IMG/VR virus record: IMGVR_UViG_3300021956_000060
Coordinates: 1 to 29,011 of that record
Length of the DNA stretch: 29,011 nt
Direction: 5' to 3' (one strand)
Source of the DNA: a virus
Lineage: Duplodnaviria > Caudoviricetes
Position 1 is the first letter of the stretch. Each line of letters starts with the position of its first letter. Of this stretch, positions 8,360 through 18,101 are shown piece after piece. The position numbers were made by a program, and so were the translations under genes. The notes under the pieces were generated by a model, which was not told where the DNA came from, did not search any database, and saw nothing but the letters and a program-made list of their open reading frames with translations.

Positions 8360-9918
8360 TGGCACGCCGCGCCCTCATTCAGCGTGCAGCCGCAAACGTT
8401 GCTTCGCTGCCTGCCCCTGTAGGTGGGTGGAACGCCCGCGACTCATTGGCAAACATGGCCCCGACAGACGCCGTAACGCTGGAAAACTTTTTTCCCGGCG
8501 TAGCAAGCGTCAATCTGCGTGGCGGGTACAGTCAACACGCCACCGGATTGCCGGGACAAGTTGAAACGCTAATGACGTACAACGGCGCGGCGACCACAAA
8601 AATGTTTGCCGCTTCGTCAACCGGATTTTATGACGTAACCTCGGCAGGAGCCGTAGGAGCAGCCGTAGTATCTGGGCTAACCAACGCCCGATGGGAATAC
8701 ATCAACGTTGCTACCACGGGTGGCAATTTCCTGTATGCCGTAAATGGCGTAGACAAGCCGCGTCTATACAATGGCTCTACATGGACGGCGATTGATAGTT
8801 CGTCTACGCCGTCAATTACGGGCGTTACGACGACAAACCTATCCAACATCAACCTTTTCAAAAACCGCGTATGGTTCATTGAAAAGGACACGCTAAAGGC
8901 GTGGTATTTGCCTACGTCATCCGTAGGCGGCGCAGCGCAAACGCTAGACCTTTCATCTATCGCCAAGTTTGGCGGTTACCTTGTTGCGATGGGGACATGG
9001 ACGATTGACGCGGGTTACGGCGTGGACGATAACCTCGTGTTTGTCACGAATAAGGGCGAAGTGATCGTTTATCGCGGCACCGACCCGTCTAGCGCCTCCA
9101 CTTGGGAATTGATCGGCGTATGGGTGTTGGGCGCTCCGGTGTCCAAGCGCTGCTTTATGAAGTACGGCGGCGATTTGTTGCTGTTGACGCTGGATGGCTT
9201 GTTGCCGCTGGCGTCTGCGTTGCAATCCTCCCGCCTTGACCCAAACGTGGCGCTGTCGGACAAAATCCAAGGCGCATTTGCAGCGGCAACGTCTACCTAC
9301 CAAAACAATTTTGGCTGGGTGATGTTGTACAACGCCAAAAACAACGCGCTAATTGTTAACGTTCCGGTGTCCGTGGGAAGCCAAGAGCAATTTGTGATGA
9401 ACAACATTACAAAGGCTTGGTGCAAATTCACGGGTTGGGCCGCTAACTGTTTTACGATTTACCAAGACGATCCTTATTTCGGCGGTAGCAACTACGTTGC
9501 AAAGGCGTGGACGGCTGGCAATACCGGGTACATAGACGATACCAACAACATCGCCGCACGCGCTTTGCAAGCCTTTAACTACTTTGAAACGCGAGGAGTA
9601 AAGAAATACTTTACCCGCGCTCGCCCAAGCCTGTATTCCAACGGCACGCCCGGCATCAACCTTTCAATCAACGTGGACTTTAGCCAAGCCGATAGTACGG
9701 CTGCTATTGCTTATACCCCGTCTACGTTTGCGCTTTGGGACACGGCAACGTGGGACACAGCAACGTGGGGAACCGGGGACGTTGTGCAGGCCAACTGGCA
9801 GGGCGTGACCGGGATCGGTTATTGCGGGGGTATTCAAATGAATACGACCTCTAAAAACCTATCCCTGCAATGGGCGTCAACGGATGTGGTGTACCAAACC
9901 GGATGGGCTGGAATATAA
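8359..9918 (+). CDS. Tail nozzle / packaged DNA stabilisation protein (P22 gp10 / T7 gp12-like)
   Basis: 519 aa, beta-propeller-like. APVGGWNARD, FKNRVWF and WDTATWDTATWG. TAATG coupling. Confidence 0.75.
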   Translation: MARRALIQRAAANVASLPAPVGGWNARDSLANMAPTDAVTLENFFPGVASVNLRGGYSQHATGLPGQVETLMTYNGAATTKMFAASSTGFYDVTSAGAVGAAVVSGLTNARWEYINVATTGGNFLYAVNGVDKPRLYNGSTWTAIDSSSTPSITGVTTTNLSNINLFKNRVWFIEKDTLKAWYLPTSSVGGAAQTLDLSSIAKFGGYLVAMGTWTIDAGYGVDDNLVFVTNKGEVIVYRGTDPSSASTWELIGVWVLGAPVSKRCFMKYGGDLLLLTLDGLLPLASALQSSRLDPNVALSDKIQGAFAAATSTYQNNFGWVMLYNAKNNALIVNVPVSVGSQEQFVMNNITKAWCKFTGWAANCFTIYQDDPYFGGSNYVAKAWTAGNTGYIDDTNNIAARALQAFNYFETRGVKKYFTRARPSLYSNGTPGINLSINVDFSQADSTAAIAYTPSTFALWDTATWDTATWGTGDVVQANWQGVTGIGYCGGIQMNTTSKNLSLQWASTDVVYQTGWAGI

Positions 9919-10346
9919 CGTCAAGCCCCAGCGTGGGGCATTGGGTTATGGGCGAAATGGACGGGGCGTTTAACCCCGACCGATCTAGCGCCATTGGGTT
10001 GCTTCGGGACGGTAAAACCGTTGCCGGGGTGGTTTATGAGAATTTTAATGGCCGGTCGGTGGTGTGCCATATCTGCGTAAAAGGCAGGATGACCCCCGCT
10101 TATTTGGCCGCGATTTTTGACTACGCCTTCAATGTGTGCGACGTAAACAAGGTTATTTGCCCGGTATCAAGCGGGAACGTGCGTGCGCAACGAGTTGTGC
10201 GTAAAATGGGTTTCACCGAGGAAGCGCGTCTTAAAGACGCCGACACCGACGGCGATATCGTGTTGTTAACCATGACACGTTCTGCGTGTCGTTTTCTGGA
10301 GCCTCGGTATGGGCAAAAAATCACCTTCACCGCCGCCAGCGCCTGA
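9903..10346 (+). CDS. Virion-module GNAT acyltransferase-like protein
   Basis: FDYAF...N..AQRVVRKMGFTEEA GNAT (RimJ/L-like) motif. Sits between nozzle and first ejection protein. ATG at 9903 chosen. Confidence 0.8.
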   Translation: MGWNITSSPSVGHWVMGEMDGAFNPDRSSAIGLLRDGKTVAGVVYENFNGRSVVCHICVKGRMTPAYLAAIFDYAFNVCDVNKVICPVSSGNVRAQRVVRKMGFTEEARLKDADTDGDIVLLTMTRSACRFLEPRYGQKITFTAASA

Positions 10347-11991
10347 CTACGCTGCGGCTGCTACCGCACAGGGCGCGGCCAATTTGGACGCTGCCCGCCT
10401 CACGGCGCGGATCAGCAACCCCAACATTTCCACTCCCCTTGGAGGCCAGCGTGTCACGTTCGGCAAAAGCACGTTTGACCAAGCCGGATACGACAAGGCG
10501 ATGGCCGACTATCAGAAGCAGTTGGACGCTTACAACCAAGGCAATCTTCAGCGCGGCCCGGGCGTTGGCCTCTCGGATTCTGGGGGCAATGACCTTGGCC
10601 TTGGTGATTTTTACGGCGGTGGCGGTGTTGGCGGGTATAGCGGTGGTCAGTTTGGCACTTCTCCCGTTGCGCCGACGAAAGAACAGTTCACCACGACTAC
10701 CGACCAAGACACGCCGTACATTGAACAGTATTTAACGCCGGAAGCGCAAAAGACGCTTGAGGCGCAGCAGCGCGTAGACCTTGCCCTTGCTGGCCTTGGC
10801 GAGCAGGGTATTGGCGTGGCCCGGGACGTTCTCGGCCAGCGTTTTAATCCCAACTTGCGCGACCTTTCCACCCAGTTGGGCGGGTACGGTCAAGTTGCCC
10901 AAGGCCCGAATCTAACGGGTATGGGACAAGCCGGAGCCAACGTAGGCGCGCAGCGCGTCAATCGTGGGCCGATGGAAGGCCAGTACGGGTATGCCCAAGG
11001 GGTTGACCTGTCCGGCCTCCCACAAGCGCCTATAAACGCCGGTACGACGGCACAGCAGGCCATCATGTCCCGCCTTGAGCCGCAATTGCAGCGCAAGCGT
11101 GCGGCTCTTGAAACCCAGTTGGCAAATCAAGGCTTGGTGCGTGGTGGCGAGGCTTACAACGCCGCTATCCAAGAAGCGCAGCAAGGCGAAAACGACCTTC
11201 GCACACAGGCCGCGTTGCAAGGCATTGGCCTAGACCAAGCCGCCCGGGCGCAGGCGTTTGGCGAACGGCAGGGGGCTACGCAGTCCTATAACGCCGCCGT
11301 CCAACAGAACTTGCAGCAGGGTTTGTCGGTACAGGATGCCCAGAACCGCGCCGCGCAACAGGTGTTTGGTCAGCGCATGGACATTCAAGGCTTGTATAAC
11401 ACCGCCTTGGCGCAAAACCAGAACGCGGCGCTTCAGCAGCAGGCGGCGGCTAACCAAGCGCAAGCGCAGCAATTTAACCAAGCCCTGCAGGCCGGTCAGT
11501 TCGGCAATACGGCGCTTCAGCAGTCATTGGCGCAGCAGTTGGCGCTTCGCAACCAGCCGATTAACGAAATCGGCGCGCTTATGTCTGGATCGCAAGTGCA
11601 GATGCCGCAGTTCCAAGGTTATACGGGCGCAAACGTAGCGGCGTCTCCGGTATTCGGTGCGGCGCAAGCGCAAGGTGATTTTGCGCAGAAAAATTACCAA
11701 AACCAAATGGCTGGATACAACAACCAGATGAGCGGGCTGTTTGGCCTCGGCGGCGCTTTGGCTCAAGGTATCGGCAGCGCTGGCGGTGCTGGCTTGTTCT
11801 TCTCGGATCGCCGACTTAAATCCAACATTGAGCGCGTAGGCACGCACCCGCTTGGCATAGGCATTTACGAGTACGACATTGCGGGGCGCCGTGAGCGTGG
11901 CGTGATGGCCGACGAAGTTGAATCTGTGAAGCCGGAAGCCGTCAGCACCCATAGTAGCGGGTACAAGATGGTTAACTACGGAGCGCTCTAA
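10309..11991 (+). CDS. DNA pilot/ejection protein, Gln-rich, with C-terminal peptidase S74-like chaperone domain
   Basis: MGKKSPSPPPAPDY start, Q/A-rich coiled coil, Gly-rich hydrophobic stretch, then SDRRLKSNI...GVMADEV...VNY. Confidence 0.75.
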   Translation: MGKKSPSPPPAPDYAAAATAQGAANLDAARLTARISNPNISTPLGGQRVTFGKSTFDQAGYDKAMADYQKQLDAYNQGNLQRGPGVGLSDSGGNDLGLGDFYGGGGVGGYSGGQFGTSPVAPTKEQFTTTTDQDTPYIEQYLTPEAQKTLEAQQRVDLALAGLGEQGIGVARDVLGQRFNPNLRDLSTQLGGYGQVAQGPNLTGMGQAGANVGAQRVNRGPMEGQYGYAQGVDLSGLPQAPINAGTTAQQAIMSRLEPQLQRKRAALETQLANQGLVRGGEAYNAAIQEAQQGENDLRTQAALQGIGLDQAARAQAFGERQGATQSYNAAVQQNLQQGLSVQDAQNRAAQQVFGQRMDIQGLYNTALAQNQNAALQQQAAANQAQAQQFNQALQAGQFGNTALQQSLAQQLALRNQPINEIGALMSGSQVQMPQFQGYTGANVAASPVFGAAQAQGDFAQKNYQNQMAGYNNQMSGLFGLGGALAQGIGSAGGAGLFFSDRRLKSNIERVGTHPLGIGIYEYDIAGRRERGVMADEVESVKPEAVSTHSSGYKMVNYGAL

Positions 11992-12281
11992 TGCTTACGC
12001 CATATCAATCGTTTGAAGGGCCGCAGCAACAGATGGGCCGTGGTCAGCGCCTTGCGCAAATGTTGCAAGGGCGTCCGTCTAGCAATTTCGGTGCTAACGA
12101 CGAAACCACGCAGCCTGCGCAATACAACAGTCCGCTGGCTTCGGTGAACGGCTATAACGCCGCCCCGCAGTCTGCGCGGTTGTTCCCGCCGAATCCGATA
12201 GCCAAGCAACCTATGCCCAAGACGCCGGGGATGTATTCCCCGCAGGGCGGCGATTTCAAGGGTGACTACTATGGCGGTTAA
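11991..12281 (+). CDS. Small low-complexity protein in the ejection module
   Basis: TAATG coupling, SD GGAG. Q/P/G rich, contains QRLAQML. Confidence 0.65.
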   Translation: MLTPYQSFEGPQQQMGRGQRLAQMLQGRPSSNFGANDETTQPAQYNSPLASVNGYNAAPQSARLFPPNPIAKQPMPKTPGMYSPQGGDFKGDYYGG

Positions 12282-13596
12282 ATACTTCCAAACATTTCGC
12301 CCCTCAAGCGAATACGAAGCCGCTGCTGCCGACGCACAGCGCAGACAGGCATTAGCCGACGCGCTCCAACAGCAGGCTTATCAGCCGTTGCAAATGGATA
12401 TGGCTGGCCCTATTTCGTATACGCAAGGCTTGGCAAAAATCCTGCAATCGTACATGGCTGGCAAGGAAAGCCGTAAAGCCCGTGAGGCCGAACAAAAGGC
12501 TTCGGCTGCAATTGAAAAGGATGTGGCTGGCGTTGAACGCACCGGCCAGCAGTTGCGTGAAAGCCTTGAGTCGGGGCGCAAGCCGTTAACTGCCGCTGAA
12601 ACTACGCCGGATGCAAGTGGCCTTGCTATGGTGCGTGGCCCGCTTGACCCTGTGCGCCTTGCGTCAACCAAGTATGGCCGCGAAGCGTTGGTTACCGATC
12701 CCGAATTGCTTGAGGCATATAAGGCGGCGCGTACCAAGCCCAAGATGCCTGCATTGACGGCAGAACAATTAATGACCCTTGACCCCGCAAGCCGCAAAAT
12801 GGCGCAAACCGCAATTGAGGGCGGGCAAAATCTTGATTACGGCGCGCTTAAATTGCAAGCCAAACCGAAGGATGTTACGCATACGGTTGACCTTGGAAAC
12901 AAGATTGAAGTGCATTACAACGATGGAACTTCGGAAATTAAAACTAAAGGCGTTGCTCCGTCAGCCGAACCGAAACAATTGTATTCTGTGAAAGTTAATG
13001 GCGTAGACACATACGTTCCGTATTCGCAAGCAATTGGCAAAGCATCTACAAAAGAGGCTGGCGCAAAACCGTCAGAAGCAGAAAACCAAGCCTCGTATTT
13101 GACAAATCGCGTATTGAACGCACAGCGTCAAATTAATCAAGTTACTGCGCAAGCACCCGGGGCTTTGCGTCCCGGCGCAATGGAAGCGGCGGTTTCGTCT
13201 ATTCCGCTTGTTCGTCAAGCAACGGGAGCGGTTCAGTCGCCAGAGCGTCAAATTGTTAGCGCCGCGCAGTCCGATATGCTGGATGCGTTGCTAACTTTGG
13301 CAACCGGCATTTCTTACACCGAAGAACAGAAAGAAGCCAACAAGAAATCATATTTGCCGTCTATTACCGAAAACGATCAAGTTGCAGCCGCTAAATATGA
13401 TCGGTTGTTGGGCGTTGTTGCGGGGGCAAAGGCTCGCGCTGGACGCGCATGGACACCGGAAATGGATAAAGCGTTGCAGGACGTTTTGGTTAATCCGTTT
13501 ACCAAACAAGAGCAGGCTGCGCCGCAAGGCGGTTTGTCGCCCGCAGAACAAGCGGAACTTGCTGCGCTTCGTGCGAAGCGCGGGGGAAGAAACTAA
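12271..13596 (+). CDS. Putative ejection (internal virion) protein
   Basis: About 441 aa, helical and Ala/Gln rich. Position after the pilot protein. ATG at 12271 preferred over GTG 12262. Confidence 0.65.
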   Translation: MAVKYFQTFRPSSEYEAAAADAQRRQALADALQQQAYQPLQMDMAGPISYTQGLAKILQSYMAGKESRKAREAEQKASAAIEKDVAGVERTGQQLRESLESGRKPLTAAETTPDASGLAMVRGPLDPVRLASTKYGREALVTDPELLEAYKAARTKPKMPALTAEQLMTLDPASRKMAQTAIEGGQNLDYGALKLQAKPKDVTHTVDLGNKIEVHYNDGTSEIKTKGVAPSAEPKQLYSVKVNGVDTYVPYSQAIGKASTKEAGAKPSEAENQASYLTNRVLNAQRQINQVTAQAPGALRPGAMEAAVSSIPLVRQATGAVQSPERQIVSAAQSDMLDALLTLATGISYTEEQKEANKKSYLPSITENDQVAAAKYDRLLGVVAGAKARAGRAWTPEMDKALQDVLVNPFTKQEQAAPQGGLSPAEQAELAALRAKRGGRN

Positions 13597-15551
13597 TGGC
13601 ACTTACCCCCGAAGAAGAGCGCCGACTGCAAGAACTTGAGGATATGGAGCGAATTGCGCATTTAGAGCGCAAACAAGCGGCATTTCAACCAAAACCCGCG
13701 CAATCATCTGCGCCGGTTCGTCAAGGCTTTTTAACCGCGTTACAAGGCACATTTTTTAATCTTGCCGACGAGTTGGCTGGTGGGCTTGCTATGCGTGGCG
13801 CGTCTGAAGCGCAGCGCGGCGCAGGAATGGCCGGGTTACGAAACCAATATGCGCCCGCTGAAACCGCATACGAACCAACCAGAGATTACGTTCGCCAGCA
13901 AACCGCAGAGTTTGCATCTGCATACCCCAATACCTCCGCAGGACTTGAATTGGCCGGTGGTTTGTCCACGTTGCCGTTTAGCATGGGGGCGGCTCCGCTT
14001 CGTGCTGGCGGCATGATGGCCCGCGGCGCACGCATCGCCGCGCCAATTGCTACACAAAGCGCAATTTCGGCGGCGGGCAAGTCGGAGGCGCCGACGTTTG
14101 ACGAACTTGCTGGAGATGTTGCCAAAGGAACATTGACAGGGCTTGCAACGGGCGGCGCTGGCGTTTTGGCTGCAAAGGGCTTGGGCGGCGCAGTACGTCA
14201 AATTGGCGAACGCGCAGGCCCATTTAAAGAAAAGTTGCAGATCAACACGGCTAGAGAGCGGCTGGCTAGGCTGTTGGAGCGTGACGCAGAAGCCAAAATG
14301 CGTATGGGCGCTGAACCAACGGATGTAGCCGCTGCTCGGTTGCGCTCGTTGGGTGAAAACGCGCCGCTTGCTGCTACGGGCAAAAGCACCACAGCAGAAC
14401 TTGGGTTGTTGCGTAATTTGCCCGGGTCGGCAGAAGAATTAACAACCCGAGAAGGGCGACGTATTGCGGCCCAACGTGGCCCCGCATTGGTTGCGGGCGC
14501 AGAAGAAGCGTTGTCTGCTCAAGGATCGCCATTCCGGTCATCTGTTGACGCGTTAGTGCGGCAAAAGCAACGTGATGCCGCGCCGTTTTATAAGCAATTG
14601 CAAGGCTCTACGTTTGTTGCCGATAAAGAATTGGTTGATTTGCTGGAGCGCGCCAAGGATGCTCATGGCGGGGCAGAAAAACTTGCCCGTTTGTCGGGCG
14701 TTCCGCTTGCTGACCTTTCCAAAATTAAAGCAGGGACGCCGGTTCCTTTTGAAACATTGGATACCGTTAAAAAATCGTTGTGGGATTTGAAGGAAGGTGC
14801 AAAAGGCGAATTTGGCAAGCCGACTGAATTAAGTCGTGCATATGACGATGTTCGTCGCAAATTGACGGACAAATTGGACAAACTTTCTCCTAAAGATGCA
14901 AACGGCGCGTCTGTTTACAAGCAGGCTCGTAGCGCATTTGAAACGCCCGCACAAATGGAAACGGCAATGCGCCGTGGCCGAGACGCACTAAAAGAAGATG
15001 TAACCGATTTGCCGGGAATAATTGAAGATATGGCCCCGGCAGAATTAGAGGCATTTCGCGTTGGCGCTGCACAATCCTTGCGCGATGTTGCCGGATCACA
15101 GGCGGGCCAGACTCGGCTATTGAATTTGTATAAAGAGCCAACTCTTAAAGACAAATTGAAAACCATATTTGGCGATGACTTCCGCACATTTCAAAAATCT
15201 GTGTTGCAACAAGAGCAACTCAAGGCTGTGGAACGTGCGGGCCAAGGGTCGCAAACCGCGAAACTATTGGCAGGGTCAGAAGATCAAGGCGCATTTATGG
15301 AAGGCTTGGAAGCCGCACGCGCTGCCGCTGGCGGTGGGTTTGCGCCTATGGAGTATGTCGGTCGCAAATTCAGTCAATTGAAAATGCCGGAACAAACGCG
15401 GAATCAATTGGCGCAAATGTTGTTGTTGCGGGGACAGCCCGCCCAACAAGAATTGCGCGATGTTGCGGCATATATGGCGCGTCGGCGCAGACAACAACAG
15501 GCTGCTGGTCAATTGGCCGGTCGCGTAGGCGCGTTTGGAGCGCAGGAGTAA
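13596..15551 (+). CDS. Large putative ejection / DNA transfer protein
   Basis: 651 aa. QGTFFNLADELAGG and Gly/Ala-rich membrane-like helices in the N-terminal third. TAATG coupling. Confidence 0.7.
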   Translation: MALTPEEERRLQELEDMERIAHLERKQAAFQPKPAQSSAPVRQGFLTALQGTFFNLADELAGGLAMRGASEAQRGAGMAGLRNQYAPAETAYEPTRDYVRQQTAEFASAYPNTSAGLELAGGLSTLPFSMGAAPLRAGGMMARGARIAAPIATQSAISAAGKSEAPTFDELAGDVAKGTLTGLATGGAGVLAAKGLGGAVRQIGERAGPFKEKLQINTARERLARLLERDAEAKMRMGAEPTDVAAARLRSLGENAPLAATGKSTTAELGLLRNLPGSAEELTTREGRRIAAQRGPALVAGAEEALSAQGSPFRSSVDALVRQKQRDAAPFYKQLQGSTFVADKELVDLLERAKDAHGGAEKLARLSGVPLADLSKIKAGTPVPFETLDTVKKSLWDLKEGAKGEFGKPTELSRAYDDVRRKLTDKLDKLSPKDANGASVYKQARSAFETPAQMETAMRRGRDALKEDVTDLPGIIEDMAPAELEAFRVGAAQSLRDVAGSQAGQTRLLNLYKEPTLKDKLKTIFGDDFRTFQKSVLQQEQLKAVERAGQGSQTAKLLAGSEDQGAFMEGLEAARAAAGGGFAPMEYVGRKFSQLKMPEQTRNQLAQMLLLRGQPAQQELRDVAAYMARRRRQQQAAGQLAGRVGAFGAQE

Positions 15552-15555
15552 AACC

Positions 15556-16707
15556 ATGAGTTTTAACGGTTCGGGTACATTTCAGATCAACACCGCCGGC
15601 CAGCCGGTCGTAGCCGGTACTACTATCACATCAACCGCTTTTAATGCGTTGACGGCTGACCTTGCTACCGGCCTGTCCACGTGCATGACCAAGGACGGCC
15701 AGACGGTTGCTACGGGCAATATCCCGATGGGCAGCAATAAGATCACCGGCATGGCGGCTGGTACGGCGGCTACGGACGCTGCAAACCTAACGCAAGTGCA
15801 AACAACTGCCGCGAAATTGTTGTCAGTTTCCGGCACCGACACCATTACGGCCTCGGGAACTCCGACTGTTGCGGCCTATACGTCGGGCGCTATGTATTAC
15901 TTTTCGCCCGCTGCCACGAATACGGGCGCGGTTACAATTAACATTGACTCTTTGGGCGCAAAAAGCATTACCAAGGAAGGCTCAACTGCGTTGGCGGCTG
16001 GCGATTTGACTTCCGGCAAAGTTGCCGTGGTGGTGTACGACGGCACGCGCTTTCAGTTGGTAAACGCCGGGGCTGCAAGTTCTACCGGCAATATCACGTT
16101 TAGCACCAACACCATCAGCACTTCCAACACGAATGGCAACATTATTATGTCGCCAAACGGGTCGGGCCAAATATTGATGAACACGAGTTCGTCGGTATTT
16201 TCGGGGCAGGCAATTGTTGAGGTTGTTGGCGAAACGTCAACCAGAATTTATCCCGGTGTATTTAAGTCATTATCCGAGCCGCGCCCGTGCATCATGTGGA
16301 ACGCCACTACAAGCGGGGATTGCGGATTCTGGGCGTTTGGAACGGAAACGTCTTACACGTTCAGAGGCAACATTTCGTACAACCGAAGCGCCGGTTTGGT
16401 GGCGTTTAACACTTCGTCGGATTATCGCGCCAAAGACGTTTACGGGCCGGTTACCGATAGCGGCGCAAAAGTTGACGCCATTAAGATTTATCGCGGCAAA
16501 ATGCACGGCGCTACGGTTGAGCGCCCGATGGCAATTGCTCACGAACTTGCAGAGCAAGCCCCTTATGCCGTTACCGGCGAAAAAGACGCGGTAGACGAAA
16601 ACGGAAGCCCGATTTTTCAGCAGGTTGATTACACAACGCTTGTGCCATTGCTTGTTGCCGAAATTCAGTCATTGAGGGGGCGCGTTGCTGCGCTTGAGGC
16701 GAAATGA
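15556..16707 (+). CDS. Tail fibre with C-terminal S74-like intramolecular chaperone
   Basis: SD AGGAG then ATG 15556. MSFNGSG..DLATGLS..KDGQ anchor, NTGAVTINI..LGAKSI..GDL, SDYRAK...AHE...VDY..LVPLL..IQ.L. Confidence 0.85.
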   Translation: MSFNGSGTFQINTAGQPVVAGTTITSTAFNALTADLATGLSTCMTKDGQTVATGNIPMGSNKITGMAAGTAATDAANLTQVQTTAAKLLSVSGTDTITASGTPTVAAYTSGAMYYFSPAATNTGAVTINIDSLGAKSITKEGSTALAAGDLTSGKVAVVVYDGTRFQLVNAGAASSTGNITFSTNTISTSNTNGNIIMSPNGSGQILMNTSSSVFSGQAIVEVVGETSTRIYPGVFKSLSEPRPCIMWNATTSGDCGFWAFGTETSYTFRGNISYNRSAGLVAFNTSSDYRAKDVYGPVTDSGAKVDAIKIYRGKMHGATVERPMAIAHELAEQAPYAVTGEKDAVDENGSPIFQQVDYTTLVPLLVAEIQSLRGRVAALEAK

Positions 16708-16886
16708 GTGACGATCACGAGGCTCGCCTTCGCACCGTAGAAGGCAAACTAGCGGCTCACGAAGCGGTTTGCGCTGAACGCTACCAAGGCATCAAGGACG
16801 ACCTTAAAGAGTTCAAGATGCTCATTAAAGCGGTAGGCGGCGCGTTAATTATAGGCATGGCAAAACTATTGTTTTTCCCACACTAA
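16704..16886 (+). CDS. Small coiled-coil plus C-terminal TM protein (lysis-cassette associated)
   Basis: ATGA coupling. HEAVCAERY followed by a hydrophobic C-terminus. Confidence 0.7.
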   Translation: MSDDHEARLRTVEGKLAAHEAVCAERYQGIKDDLKEFKMLIKAVGGALIIGMAKLLFFPH

Positions 16887-17032
16887 TGGACGTTATAGAA
16901 CTGCTCATTAAAGCGTGGCCGGTTCTATTTGCGATTGTCACGCTAATTATTGTCTTGTCAAAACTTGACTTACGGGTTGCGGTGCTTGAGGACAAGATAA
17001 AAACGCTATTTGACTTGGTAAACAAGAAATGA
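16886..17032 (+). CDS. 48-aa membrane protein (not in the ORF track)
   Basis: MDVIELLIKAWPVLFAIVTLIIVLSKLDLRVAVLEDKIKTLFDLVNKK. TAATG and ATGA overlaps at the two ends. Confidence 0.75.
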   Translation: MDVIELLIKAWPVLFAIVTLIIVLSKLDLRVAVLEDKIKTLFDLVNKK

Positions 17033-17289
17033 ACTGGGGCGAAATCCTTAAAATGGTGATTCCGATCCTTGTGGTCAGCATCGGCTGGCTGCTTGGACAG
17101 GTATCGTCATTTAGCAACCGGCTTATTAGCATTGAGTCCAAGATGCCTGCGCTCATTACGTCTGAAGGCGTCCCGACTGACTCACCGTTGTCTGCTGAAA
17201 AGCGTGCCAAGATGCGCGAAGAACTCCAGCGCGAGATCAACGACCTCAACGTGCGCCTGCGCTTACTTGAGGAGCGTGCCAAGCGATGA
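17029..17289 (+). CDS. N-terminal TM plus coiled-coil protein
   Basis: 86 aa, coupled at both ends. Ends with LNVRLRLLE. Confidence 0.7.
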   Translation: MNWGEILKMVIPILVVSIGWLLGQVSSFSNRLISIESKMPALITSEGVPTDSPLSAEKRAKMREELQREINDLNVRLRLLEERAKR

Positions 17290-17762
17290 TGCCGATTATT
17301 CAAACCCTGCTCTCTAACGGGCTAGGGTTAGTTGCCAATGCTGTAATGGCAAAAGGCAAAGAATGGGTAGAGGAAAAAACGGGGGTCAAGTTGGCCCCAG
17401 ATATGCCGCCCGAACAAATCGCGCAGTTAAAAATTGCCGAAATGCAGCACGAAGAAGAATTGATGCGGCTGCGTTTGGAAGAAAACAAACTTGACATTGA
17501 AGCGTTCAAGGCCGAAGCGTCTGCCGTGACTGACCGCTGGACTGCGGATATGGCCTCGGACTCTTGGCTGTCCAAGAACATCCGGCCCATGACGCTTATC
17601 GCCATCCTTTCCGGTTACTTCCTGTTTGCGTTCATGTCGGCATTTGGGCTTGAGGCCAATGAGTCATATGTGACGCTATTAGGTAATTGGGGGCAGATCG
17701 TGATGTTGGCTTATTTTGGTGGCCGGACTGTCGAGAAGGTTATGGAGATGAAGCACAAATGA
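17286..17762 (+). CDS. Holin (GTA_holin_3TM-like)
   Basis: RWTADMASDSWLSKNIRP, two TM segments, YFGGRTVEK. Directly upstream of the endolysin. Confidence 0.8.
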   Translation: MMPIIQTLLSNGLGLVANAVMAKGKEWVEEKTGVKLAPDMPPEQIAQLKIAEMQHEEELMRLRLEENKLDIEAFKAEASAVTDRWTADMASDSWLSKNIRPMTLIAILSGYFLFAFMSAFGLEANESYVTLLGNWGQIVMLAYFGGRTVEKVMEMKHK

Positions 17763-18094
17763 GCCTTGTTGCAGAACAGGCGGCGTTTTTGCTGGATGCT
17801 TGCAAACTGATCGCCAAAGCCACGGAAATGGGCTTTACGGTGACGGGCGGCGAATTGGCCCGAACCATTGACCAACAGCAGATTTACGTCAAAACCGGGC
17901 GTAGCAAAACTATGAACAGCATCCATATCAAAAGATGCGCCATAGACCTAAATTTCTTCAAAGACGGCAAGTTAGTGTACGATGTTAATGCTTTACGTCC
18001 CGTAGGTGAGTTTTGGGAGTCGTTGCACCCCAAAAACCAATGGGGCGGCAAGTGGAGGTTTGTGGACGTTCCACACTTCCAACGTACTGTGTGA
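17759..18094 (+). CDS. Endolysin, peptidase M15 (L-Ala-D-Glu peptidase-like)
   Basis: ATGA-coupled start 17759. RT..QQ, SIH....AID, WGG.W, DVPHF zinc-binding motifs. Confidence 0.88.
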   Translation: MSLVAEQAAFLLDACKLIAKATEMGFTVTGGELARTIDQQQIYVKTGRSKTMNSIHIKRCAIDLNFFKDGKLVYDVNALRPVGEFWESLHPKNQWGGKWRFVDVPHFQRTV

Positions 18095-18101
18095 GGTTAT
18101 C

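Noticed and set aside
9736-9769. 15-nt tandem repeat TGGGACAC(G/A)GCAACG
   Set aside because: Encodes WDTAT-WDTAT-W, an ordinary Trp repeat in the nozzle protein. No spacers, so not CRISPR.
18006-18101. Upstream starts in the ORF track (also 9870, 15535, 17687, 19109, 23353, 24793, 25085)
   Set aside because: They mostly overlap upstream genes or promoters and lack an SD. Downstream starts with an SD or stop/start coupling fit better.
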